Shown here piece after piece: positions 52,844 through 64,000 of a stretch of 64,000 bases of DNA. The DNA lies in NCBI GenBank assembly GCA_951406725.2, contig OX597818.1, positions 64,976,001 through 65,040,000 on the forward strand, in the 5' to 3' direction. How positions within the stretch are numbered: position 1 is the first letter of the stretch; each line of letters opens with the position of its first letter. The stretch comes from Octopus vulgaris (Eukaryota). Below the pieces are notes generated by a model. It saw only the letters and a program-made list of their open reading frames with translations, was not told where the DNA came from and made no database searches. A program made the position numbers and the translations under genes.

Positions 52844-53102
52844 CAGTTCTATATTCAAGAGATGAGGAATCATTTCCATTATTTACATTTGACGGTCATT
52901 TGTCTTCATCTTGTTTGTTGTTAACACAACATTTCGACTTATATACCCTCCAGCCTTCATTGAAAAATACCTTAGGAGTGAGAACCCAGGTTCAAAATTT
53001 CCCCAAGGCACCTGATGCAGGCTTGGAGGTTATATCGGCCGAAACGTTGTATTAACAACAAGCAAATGATGAGGACAAATATCTGTCAAATGTAAATAAT
53101 AT
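52844..53102. mobile_element. Headless family H inverted pair
   Basis: Minus tail 52844-52960 is joined via a CAT microhomology to plus tail 52958-53102. Mutated HHR at 53007-53053. Confidence 0.85.
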
Positions 53103-55029
53103 TCATACGTCACTCTTATCATACTAAATGTAAATACATCGTGAAAGGCAAATTTACTGCGCTATTTTTCCCAAGAGAATATTCATTCAAAATTGTCATT
53201 TTAGCATTGCATGAACATTAATCGTGTACTTATATTCTTTTTCATCTATATTTGCCAAGGAATTAGTAGCTGTCTGGATTTGCAATTTTACAGTTTAAAC
53301 AATATAATCTAATTTATAAAGGCTTCGCAATACTTCATCTCTTGAAAATTAAATAACACTATAGACATTTTCATTTCCAGAAGCTCCACAACATGAACGG
53401 TATATATTTCAATATGTCAGGTGATACAAAATGGAGGGATATTGTGTTCTGATATGGATTATATTTATATCAAATAACTTTTGTAAATTAATAGATTTCC
53501 TTTGAGAAGAGATAGTAAAAGCAGTTTGGATGAGACATAATCTGACACTGGGAATTCTATATCAGGTTCTGCTTTGAAATACTAAAATTAAGTCGCCTAT
53601 CTGGCCTGGAGCGAATGTCAAGCGATATCCATAAATATAACATATACGGACATGTTATTATGGAAAACATGCACCAGAGTATAAAGGCATTACTGCTAAT
53701 TCTAACTATTGTCCAACTAAATCTACTTTATCGGGTATAAAATAAATTTATTGAGTAAGCGAACATTGCGATCTTGTTATCCTTTGCCCCGACTGCATGG
53801 CCCGTGCAGATTTTTACAGCATTAACTAAGCCTTGGAGGAATTATAATTAAGTTACTCAACACGAAACCGTTGAGAATGCGTTTCTTGAAAAGTAAGTTA
53901 TACTTCAAGGCCAATCTGTATAAACTAATCCGAACTGTCAGATTGCACGATCATGATTTTGTCAATGCAAATCTTATATCTTTCACTCCTTTCCTTCCAA
54001 ACTGCGTACATTCGACTCATAAATATGTATAAGTTTAAAATAAAACTTTCTTGAAAGATCGCACAGTTTGTGAAATTTTGACGTTTTTATTACAAAATTT
54101 GCTGCTACTTCGTTGCTACATAGAACCAGACTGTTATGTTGGAAATTCAATAAGTTTCTTTCCATCCTCACTGACAAATTATTTTAGTATCTGGAAAACA
54201 GTGTACTAGAGACGCACTAAATATATTATTGATAACTAGATGAATCTGCTGAAAGAGTTACTTTCAGTGCTGATATATTTGGAAAATTTTCTCTATACGA
54301 TATTGTGGCTAAGAGGGCTGTGCTCATCATTTGAGATACTAGGCAATGTCGAAGGAAACAAAATTCTAGGTATACTGTACAACTGAAATGAAATTCGATA
54401 ATGAAACTAAAAATAAAATGTAAGTAAATTGCGTGATTATATATTTATAGATTTCTTATACACTGTTTAATTTAATTTTGATAAATACACTTTTCAGCTG
54501 GTATAAGAAAGGTGATGACTAAATGAATTTCTATGAAATATTCTTAAAACAGAAGCACAGTTTATAATATGTTGAAGGAGAAGTACAATGTAGAGCTGGG
54601 GGTTGTGGAATTACATTCTAGAAGTTGGGCAAGGATGAGCCAACTTCTAATTTGGAAGAAGGTAATAGTGCAGAGGTGGGAGTATGTGGAGCCCGTAGCA
54701 GGACTGAGGGAACGAGTATAATGATATAGGGCTTGGTAAAATGTATAGTGTGAGGTTATAGAAATGGACACATCACTTGACCGAGAAAAGGGGGAGGGCA
54801 ACACCGTACATTATAGAGTGTAAGGTTTTACTTGATTGCAAAAATCATAGCAGAGATGAAAGAATATGATGCCTATATCACTAATTACCCAGACGCAAGC
54901 ATTCCTGGATAATTAGCAGGAACAATAAAATTACTACATCTTAAATCATTTGGATGTATTAAGTTCAATCCAGAATCCTAAATATAATCCAGTGGTTATA
55001 GGAAATAACTTATATTAATAGCAGTTTTA

Positions 55030-55220
55030 CCCAGGTGCTTTTTTTTTCATCCGTCTTCTTTTCCATTTGACACTACTGTCTCTGAAGAAGAGTATATTGC
55101 TCGAAACGTAAAACCACCTTTCGGACCTTCCCTGAGTGTTTGCTAATACTTTACATGTGCCACGTCCTCGCGTTGTTGTGTTTTTTTTATGCTTGTGCTT
55201 CGTGTTTTGGGATTTACAAT
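55030..55220 (+). mobile_element. Short TA-flanked element with hammerhead motif at 55078-55114
   Basis: GTCT-CTGAAGA-A-GAGT(atatt)GCTC-GAAAC-GTA-AAAC. Confidence 0.6.
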
Positions 55221-55230
55221 ATATATATAT

Positions 55231-55565
55231 AGGGAGAGTTCACAAAAAAGCAACGAAGACAGGTGGTATACAAAACAAACAGATGTATTAGTATAACGTT
55301 CAGGAATAGAAAAAGTCTTTTACGTTTCGAGCCTACGCACTTCTACAGAAAGGGACACAGAAAAAAGTATATATATATGTGATTGGGTATTATCTGGTAG
55401 TTGATTAATGATTTAGATGTATTTCTCCATTTTCTTATTTTGTATATATATATATATATACTTTTTTCTGTGTCCCTTTCTGTAGAAGAGCGTAGGCTCG
55501 AAACGTAAAATACTTTTTCTATTCCTGAACGTTATACTAATACATCTGTTTGTTTTGTACACCAC

Positions 55566-55569
<4 letters not shown>
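55231..55569. mobile_element. TA-inserted inverted pair with hammerhead-like motifs (55317-55352 minus, 55476-55511 plus)
   Basis: About 110 bp arms with 3 mismatches. CTTT-CTGTAGA-A-GAGC(gtag)GCTC-GAAAC-GTA-AAAG (composite of the two arms). Confidence 0.8.
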
Positions 55570-55615
<46 letters not shown>

Positions 55616-55616
55616 T

Positions 55617-55779
55617 GCACGATTCTTTCGATTTCCGTCAACCAAATCCACTCAAGAGTATTCTGTTTGCTCGTAGCTATGTTCCAAGACACACACCTGA
55701 GGTGGCACGCAATGGGATCAAACCCGGAACCTCGTGGTTAAAATGCATACTTCTCTCTACAGAGCAATGCTTGCACCTG
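55617..55779 (-). mobile_element. SINE family A head, diverged
   Basis: tttccgtcaaccaaatccactcaa...gggatcaaacccggaacctcgtgg. Confidence 0.7.
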
Positions 55780-56294
55780 TGCATGAAACAAAAATCGAAA
55801 CTTTCGTAAGATGATTGATTTTCGGATGTTTACTCGCAGATCTGCAACGTAATAAGTTAGTATTTGAATTTTTTTAATTTTATTTACATAGAAATACTTC
55901 CATATAGACGTGGAAAGTGATATGTTTGCCAGCTTAATCACAATATAAAAGCTTTACAGACATCAGCAAATTTAGTTATCAGTATGAATGTTATTGATAT
56001 CTTGTAAGTTTAAAATAAAATAAAGTCTGCGAGAAGTTTATTGGTTGATAACAAAGACAGGAAAAAACATTATTGACTAAAGTCTTTGACGTAAATGAAA
56101 AAAAAATTAAGATATTTAAACAAATACTAAACAAAATCACTGAAATCTATTTAGGTCTACTTACTACCCTCAGACGACAAGTTGGAAAAGTTGGTGAATA
56201 ATTAGCGATACTCATTTTGATTTTTTTTGGAATAAACAGCTGCTCATTTCGGGTTAGTAGGATATAACATTACTCCACCTGCTGCTATGATATT

Positions 56295-56307
56295 GGTAGT
56301 AGAAGTG

Positions 56308-56365
<58 letters not shown>

Positions 56366-56612
56366 CTGCAGCAGCAGTGGCGGTTGTGGCGGTGGTGATG
56401 GGATGGTAGTCGTGGTTTGGTGGTATTGTTTATTTCACGGAGAAGGTATTAGTAGAAACTGCGGCCGCTGTACTACTACAACTAGTAGTAGTGACTACAA
56501 CTAGTAGTAGTGGATGGTGATAGTAACAACAGAAGTAGTAGTGGTGATAGTAGCAGCGGCGGCAGTGGTTGTCGTGGTAGCAGTAACAGCAGCAGCAGCA
56601 GCAGCAGCAGCA
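56295..56612. repeat. Compound (TAG)n / (CAG)n / (TGG)n trinucleotide region
   Basis: Directly visible. Confidence 0.9.
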
Positions 56613-57703
56613 TAATGTTCTAGCATGGAGAGAAGACAATGAAAGCGCTTTATTTTTCTTTAGATACAGATATGTGTTGGCACAGATTATTGCTTGAAAA
56701 ATACTTGGTATTATTCGCTCTAAAACGACTGTTACAGATTTTTTTTCACCAACTGTTCTTATTAATAATTGACTCTGGTTGTTATTGTCGAGTTAAAGTT
56801 GTTTTTGTTGATATCATGTCTCCCTGATTACCACGGTTCCGTGTTTATTTTTTCATGGCCTTCTTTGCATTCGGTTATATTATTTTCTATTTATTTCCAC
56901 GAATATTTTTTTTGTTTTCCATGTAAGTTGTTTAACCATTTCGCTGTTTATCGATATTTTTGCTATTTTATTTTTATACAGCTAACAAATGCATTTTAGT
57001 TTATTTCAGTGATGGACTGGTATACATTTTGTGCTTTAACTTTTTGGCGTATTACTTATTGGTCTTTGAAAAAAAAAAGTGAAAAGTTTGCCTGATATAT
57101 TTATTGTAATGATGTTACACCTGTTTTCTTTCTTTTTATTTTGCTTTGTGTTAAGCTGTCTGGTGTAAGTTTGAATTTTTAGTAAAATATCGTTATTGAT
57201 CTGAAAATCGTGATGTGATTTTAAGCTGATAATCTCTTCTTATGTCTATATTCGATTTTGAGATGTTCCTTTGGTTAAAAGTTTCTCATTGCTGTTAGTA
57301 TAGTATCAGTCGTAATTTGGTTTGCTCTAAGTAAAAATAGTGGTGCGTATGACAAAGATAAATAGGAGGATTTTTGAAAGCAGACGACAAAACTCGAGTA
57401 ATATCTTGTTTTAATCGCTAATACTATTAATGACTGTATAAAGTGTAATATTTTTGTAGACAGGAAAAGGTTTCTACTGTATGATGTCTTAAGCACGACT
57501 ATATGTGTGCGTAAACTATAACACATCATATTCTACTTCATTTTAAATGAAACAATTCAGATTCACGGAGATGTACTTGCATAGCAAGTGACGTGATCTG
57601 AGATCATGTGCTGGAACGAAAACAATTGCTGAGTGAAAGGTGTTTATAAGCCATTTCAGAAACGCACAAAAACCGTTAGATTCACTTCAACATTTGAATT
57701 TAA

Positions 57704-57753
57704 TTTGTCAAAATATTTTCGTCGCTTTGAGACCGCGACCTCTTCACTGCAAA
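57704..57753 (-). ncRNA. Hammerhead-like motif with G at core position 3
   Basis: Minus strand: TTTGCA-GTGAAGA-G-GTCGC(ggtctcaaa)GCGAC-GAAAATATTT-TGACAAA. Confidence 0.5.
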
Positions 57754-58627
57754 CTTCCGCGCTGCATCCATATTCATTAGCACTTAACTGAAATATAATG
57801 ATACTATTTGGAATTATAAAATTGTTATTTTGTTGATATTCTGTGTATGTAACGAATCTAAAATACGTTGTCCCTTCCTTCGAAAATATCCGCAGGTCCA
57901 CTATGAAGATCACGAGGCGCAGTAGGAAGGACCGCAAACCTCGTAATCTAGACTAGATCTTCCACTACAGTCACTACCGTCATGCCTGCCTGTTCCAAAT
58001 GGAAGAAACGAGTGTATATGCAGACTTCATGGTCCAGCGAATCTTCGTTCGCGACGCCAAACCAAGGAATAGAATAAAGTTCAGATATAGAAACGACGTT
58101 TGGGCTCGTAATTTCAAATATGATCCTTATCCAATAAATATGAATATATACTATCCACGTCTACAGAATAGAGAAACTTCTTTATATTTTGTTTTTAACT
58201 ATTGAGCTTAAAACGTCATTGCTATCCTTGAGGCAAGAACTACAACTCGTATACACACACACACACACATATGCATATATTATTGTGACTGGGCAGAGTT
58301 AGTTTGTTATAATGCCTTAATCATTGTCACACTCACCGATACGATTTCCACTCATTTACTTCTAAAATTTACGTTGCTTCTTGCAAATTATGCAATAGTC
58401 ATTGACTCTTTCTGATATAGGAGTTGCCTTTTTTTTGTTTGTTTTGTGCACATGTGTATGCGACAGTGTTCATGTTTATACACATACGGGTAGATTTGTT
58501 AGTGGACTGTTATGTAGACGGATATAAATATTTTATTAAACTTTTAATACTTTTGATATTTATATAAAAACAAATGAATAAATAAATTAATTAATTGATT
58601 AATAAAATAATATATAAATATAAAAAT

Positions 58628-58667
<40 letters not shown>

Positions 58668-58806
58668 ATACATATATTTAAAATTTATAAGTTTCAATTA
58701 TTTAAATAATTTTTAAATTTTTACCTTTTATATTTTTAAATGAATTTTATGTATTGGCTTATGTTTTTCACTGTTTGATTTGCATAATGGTTTTATCTCT
58801 AATTTA

Positions 58807-58856
<50 letters not shown>

Positions 58857-58949
58857 GTATAATACATATATATATATATGCATATATACATACATATATG
58901 TACATACCTACATATATATGTATATATATATATATATACATACATACAT

Positions 58950-59380
58950 GGGTACAGGACATCAAAAATACGTTGAACACAATGACAAACAGAAACTGAA
59001 AACGAACTTTTTTTCGAAAAACGAAAAAAAACAAATAGAGAAACGAATCATGCAACATAAATAATATTCCTCTTCATCAGTTTCCCTTGTTTCATCTACT
59101 CCACATTCTGCCTCCGTACGTGTCCACATGCACACTGACGCAGTCACATGCGCGCGAACAAACAAAAGAAATATACAAACAGACGAACGCAGCTCTTATA
59201 ACGGTCAGGGGCAACGACTATTGAAGTGGTTGCAAAAAGGATCGAAATGAGAGAAAAACAATGAATACGTAAATGAGTGGAAATCGAAAGGCCGAATGGG
59301 TTCAATAAAAGGCCGCAAAACAGAATGAATCGCGCTAGACACAACAAAATATGCTTCAACACACGAATACACATAAAGAA
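58950..59380 (-). mobile_element. TA-inserted element of the 8664/28155 family
   Basis: gggtacaggacatcaaaaa...ttttttcgaaaaacgaaa...cttcatcagtttcccttgtttcatctactcc. Confidence 0.6.
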
Positions 59381-59594
<214 letters not shown>

Positions 59595-59598
<4 letters not shown>

Positions 59599-59957
59599 AG
59601 GCGTGGCTATATGGAACCTAATGGTTCCGGTTTCGGTAACGCCTTAAGCAAGTGTATTGCCTCATGGCCTCTGCCTCACTAATGTTTTCAGACCGAGACT
59701 GATAGAGGGGGAACTGACAGGTGTCCGTCGCAGATATAAATGTGTGAGTGTATGTGTGTGTTATTCCCCACCACTGTTTGGTAATTGGTGTTCCTGTGTT
59801 TGCGTCCCCCTAAGAGAGCGTTTTCCAAAAGGAATCGAGGGTCTAGATGCTCGGTTAAAAAATAAACACAGTGTTTGATCTGTTAGAGTAAAAAGTATTT
59901 AAGGCGATGCACCAGCATGGCCACAGTGTAAGGAGTGAAACAAATAAAAGATAAAAA
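59595..59957 (+). mobile_element. SINE family A, diverged
   Basis: gcgcaggcgtggctatatgg...aaggcgatgcaccagcatggccacagt...gaaacaaataaaaga. Confidence 0.75.
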
Positions 59958-59962
59958 TATTA

Positions 59963-60341
59963 TTTTATTTGTTTCAGTCATATAACGGCGGCCATGCTGG
60001 AGCACCGCCTTTAGTCGAACAAATCGACGCCAGGATTTATTATTTGTAAGCCTAGCACTTTTTCTATCGCTCTGTTTTGCCGAAGCGCTAAATTTGGGGA
60101 TTTAAAGACACCAATATCGGTTGTCAAACAATAGTATGGAGAAAAACACATACACACAGGTAAATATATGCGTATATATACGACGGGCTTCTTTCAGTTT
60201 CAGTCTACCAAATCCACTCACAATGCTTTGGTCGGCCCGAGGATATAGTAGAAGTTACTTGTCCAAGGTTCCATGCAGTGGGGCTGAACCCAGAACAATA
60301 TGATTGGGAAACAAGCTTCTTACCACACAGCCACGCCTGCG
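59963..60341 (-). mobile_element. SINE family A, full-length
   Basis: Reverse complement of the 34245 copy along its whole length. Confidence 0.9.
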
Positions 60342-62835
60342 TCTATAATAATTAAAACGTAATGAGCTTATATTTGCAAATGGTTTGGAGTAAATAAATA
60401 TCTCCCTTTGTTCATCTGCGAATACCATAAGAAGAAGTCACGAAGAAAAATGAAGATGAACTGTGACGAACATAGCATTAAAGAATGAAAGAAGCTAAAT
60501 CGGTTAATAGAAAAAACATCATATCTTATGATACGTTGTAATTTGTGATTAAAAACGATATCAAGTCAAGTGAAATGTATAAAATTACATTTAATAATAG
60601 AATCGAGATAAAATATCGATAAACATAGACGAAAGCATGCTTTTGAAACGGCTTAAAGATGGAGGACTTTGTTGATCTTTGTGTCGATGTAAGAGCGAAA
60701 ACTATATCTTAAAGTAGTTATATTTACAGGAAAGAAACGAAACAATGCAAGCGATTCAAGGAAACTTAATATAACTATCAACTTAAGCAAACTATATTCC
60801 ATTATTATTATTATTATTATCAAATACAGCATTATCAACTTATATAGAAACAACACCGTCTTCGCCACCATCACAGCCGCCTTTACTGTTTAAATAGTTT
60901 ATTTCTGACAACGTCGACACAACAGTCTCTTTCAGATATCGCTATATGTCGCCACATCCGGAATCATCATTGCAAACAATGAACATGAAGATCGTGATTA
61001 TCACACATCGCTTTCATTATCTTCATTATCTTCGTCGATATCACCAGCAGAATAATGAACATGAAATTAATTTCGCAATTCATCAGTAGAAGCGCCAACG
61101 TTTATTGTTACGAGGAGAATTTCGTGGGAATACTTTGAAAAGCAACAATATCAACAATAATAATAGTGGTGGTGGTGATGATGATGATAATGATGATGAT
61201 GATGATCATTATCATCATTATTATCATCATCATCATCCTCATAATAATAACGTATGAAACGTCATTGATTTAGAGTTCTCGATAGTTGGACAAATCGGTA
61301 AAAAAAAAATACTGTGTTCAAAGAAAGCAGAATATAGTATAGTTTTTAATGAAATTCTTTTCGAATCTACGCTGACATTTTCAAAAGAATCAAAGTGTAA
61401 ACATTATAAAAATTATATTTTTCAAAACTTCACATTACGTGACATTCAAATGAATTGTCCTTTAGAAATTTTAATAATCTTTGAAAGTGAAAACAATAAT
61501 TGCAAAATTAAATTGTGTATACGCTTTGAATAGGAAATGTTAGGATAGCACTTGTAGAATTTACAGTGATTTCATAGATGATATTAGAGAAAAATTATAT
61601 ATTTTTAAGGTGGTATTATAATTAAGTTTCCGCAAACGTTGCAAGTTCGTAAGTTCTAAGCGAAAAAAACAACAACACAATATTTAGAGATAGGTATACG
61701 TACGTTTTATCTATGTGTGTGGAGGGGGGTATGCGTGTGTGTGTGTATGTGTGTGTGTGTGTGTGTGTGTGCTTAATATCAGAGCAATATGTATCTCTTT
61801 TGAAAAGTAATATAAATCAAACTGTCCTTTAATCAGGATTTTGGCCGTACTATTAGTGGGTGGGGAATTAATCCATTCTCTGTATATTTTTTGGCAGCGT
61901 TAGTTGGAACAATTCACTATTCAATTATAATAATTTTCAGGTCGGCCTCAGTGACTATTTTCATCAAACTAATCAACGTGTTTTCTTGGCTCATGAGCAT
62001 AGAGTCCCTCAGATGATATTTGGTGTTACAAGAAAGTACCTGCCGTGGAACAACTCCTTATGATTTGAGTGCTATCTTCTGGTTAAATCATGTCAAATGA
62101 CAGGAGTTAGCTAAAACACACAATGATTCCGAGGGTGGTCACATGACTTGCGTTTCAGCATTTTTGTAGAGAGTGCATAATGGCAAATCATTTAAATATG
62201 GGATAAGCTGAATAACTTCCGTAAATGACATGATAAGCCATACGAGAATAGACGGCGTAGGTAAAAAAAAGTCCTCACCGTTGGGCAAATCAATGTCTTT
62301 TATCGAGTAATAAGCGACAGTTTTTGAATATAAATTTTTGGGAACCAGTCTTGGTCTTCACGTTCCTCAACGCTGGACATATATTGGGCAGACTTGAACA
62401 ATGAACTGTTTCGACCTGCATAGAAGCGAACGAGTGATAAAGTCTTCACAGCAGCAATTACAAAAATGATTAAACAATCGATGACAATATCGATGCAGAC
62501 AGTGTAAAGAAATTGGAAACTAAAAAAATTATTTGCGTTTGAAACTTGTGTCAAAGCAGTTATTCAAAATGCGTCTTGTGTCTCCAAACAATCATCGGGC
62601 TCTGAGTAGATTGTTTGTTTTGTGTGTAAATGAGGACTGTTGTACATGGGACATCACAAGGAAAAAATGCGCACGGGCTCCGCTCACTGATATGAGGCCC
62701 CGCTTGCTATATCATCTGGTTATAAAAAAAACTCAATGTTCTTATAGCCATCACTCATCGTCTCTTTTTAACCAATCCCGGTGGATAGCCTTTTTCAGTG
62801 TAGTTTGGATATCGGTCATGATGGTATTTACTTTA

Positions 62836-63043
62836 GGGCGGCTAGCTGATGGAAAGGTTAGCGCTACGTCTGCCGCTACGTTCTGAGTTCAAATTCCGCC
62901 GTGGTCGACTTCGCCTTTCATCCTTTCGGGGTCGATAGATTAAGTACCAGTTACGCACTGGGGTCGATGTAATCGACTTAATACCTATGTCTGTCCGTGT
63001 TTGTCCACTCTGTGTTTAGCCCCATGAGGGTAGTAAAGAAATA
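62836..63043 (+). mobile_element. SINE family B with 13 bp TSD
   Basis: TSD GGTATTTACTTTA at 62823-62835 and 63044-63056. Confidence 0.93.
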
Positions 63044-63649
63044 GGTATTTACTTTATGATGAGTTAGGTCTAATGATAACAACAGCTGCCTCACATAGTG
63101 TCCAACAAACCCCCTACATCCGTCTTCGATTGGAAAATGTCTCTAAACAGAAATTGAGACACTTTTCCACTGATTTATCAAGTAAGTTCGATCTACATCT
63201 GTTGTCGGTGATGTTATTGCAATTTCCATATTTGTGGAATTGAAGCACCATGTGTTTGAACTCTAATTGTAGTTATCGATAATTCTTCCACATATTTTAG
63301 CTTGGGCACGTGACAACTATTTTCTGCAACGATTTGCAGCATACATATGGATGCACTTGTAATTTCGTTTTCATTTAGATATTTGCAAATAATCATTGTC
63401 ATTTGTCTTCTATGATCCGAGAGATTTCTCGCATACTCAGATTTACAGATTTTAGGCATAACTGCAGATTATAGGGTTAAATATAATTAAGCACAATAGG
63501 GCAATTTCCTTGTTAATTTGTTTACAGCTGAGTAAATATTAATACGAGAGAGATGTATGGAGACCGTGGTAGTTGCGATAGGGATGCCTGGAAATTTTGA
63601 TGAGCTGAGAGATTGAAAATTATATGTCTAAGCAATAAAAATCTTTCAG

Positions 63650-63965
63650 AGTAACATCAACCCTTAAGAGTTAACCACATTTAGGCGGCAAATATTCTTC
63701 ACGATGTCGTGCAGAGACTGTTCGTACCTCAAACAGATTTTTATTGGTTGTTTCCACTTTTTCGACATTAGTGAATTTTCGTCACCGGAAAAAGTATATA
63801 TATATAACATTGTCCCGAGGGAGATCCAATAGGAAAAGGATCCCATCAACGTTAAACGGAGTCTGGATAGATTCCTTCAAAGAATACCAGATAAGCCACC
63901 CATAATTGGATACAACTAACCCAACAAGAACTCACTACTTGAATGGACCATAAACAAAACTTGAC
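63650..63965 (+). mobile_element. CR1/L2-group LINE 3' end, degenerate
   Basis: NIVPREIQ*EKDPINVKRSLDRFLQRIPDKP resembles the CR1-type ORF2 C-terminus (N.LP...FK..LD.FL..IPD.P). Confidence 0.55.
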
Positions 63966-64000
63966 TTAAACAGGATTCGAATAATCCTATCAGGTGGTGC

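Noticed and set aside
62030-62800. Possible Gypsy integrase relic on the minus strand
   Set aside because: No clear HHCC or DDE motifs could be read.

Overview
AT-rich eukaryotic intergenic or intronic DNA. It is probably coleoid cephalopod (Octopus-like), inferred from the SINE families and the extreme (TA)n/(CA)n/(AAT)n microsatellite load. No host protein-coding gene can be supported; most ORFs in the track are microsatellite artefacts or antisense readings of repeats. The window is a mosaic of at least five tRNA-derived SINE families, Dong/R4-type, RTE and CR1-like LINE fragments, two Penelope-like (PLE) fossils, Tc1 and DD37D/maT-like transposase fossils and a non-autonomous Helitron. 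The most notable signal is a set of short non-autonomous elements carrying minimal type I hammerhead-ribozyme (HHR) motifs with a palindromic stem III. They are inserted as asymmetric head-to-head inverted pairs, the architecture of PLE insertions. One family has a tRNA-Ile-like Pol III head, an (AAT)n spacer and an HHR tail, and its spacer is repeatedly invaded by (TAA)n-targeting Dong/R4 LINEs. All alignments and folds were done by eye and coordinates are approximate.
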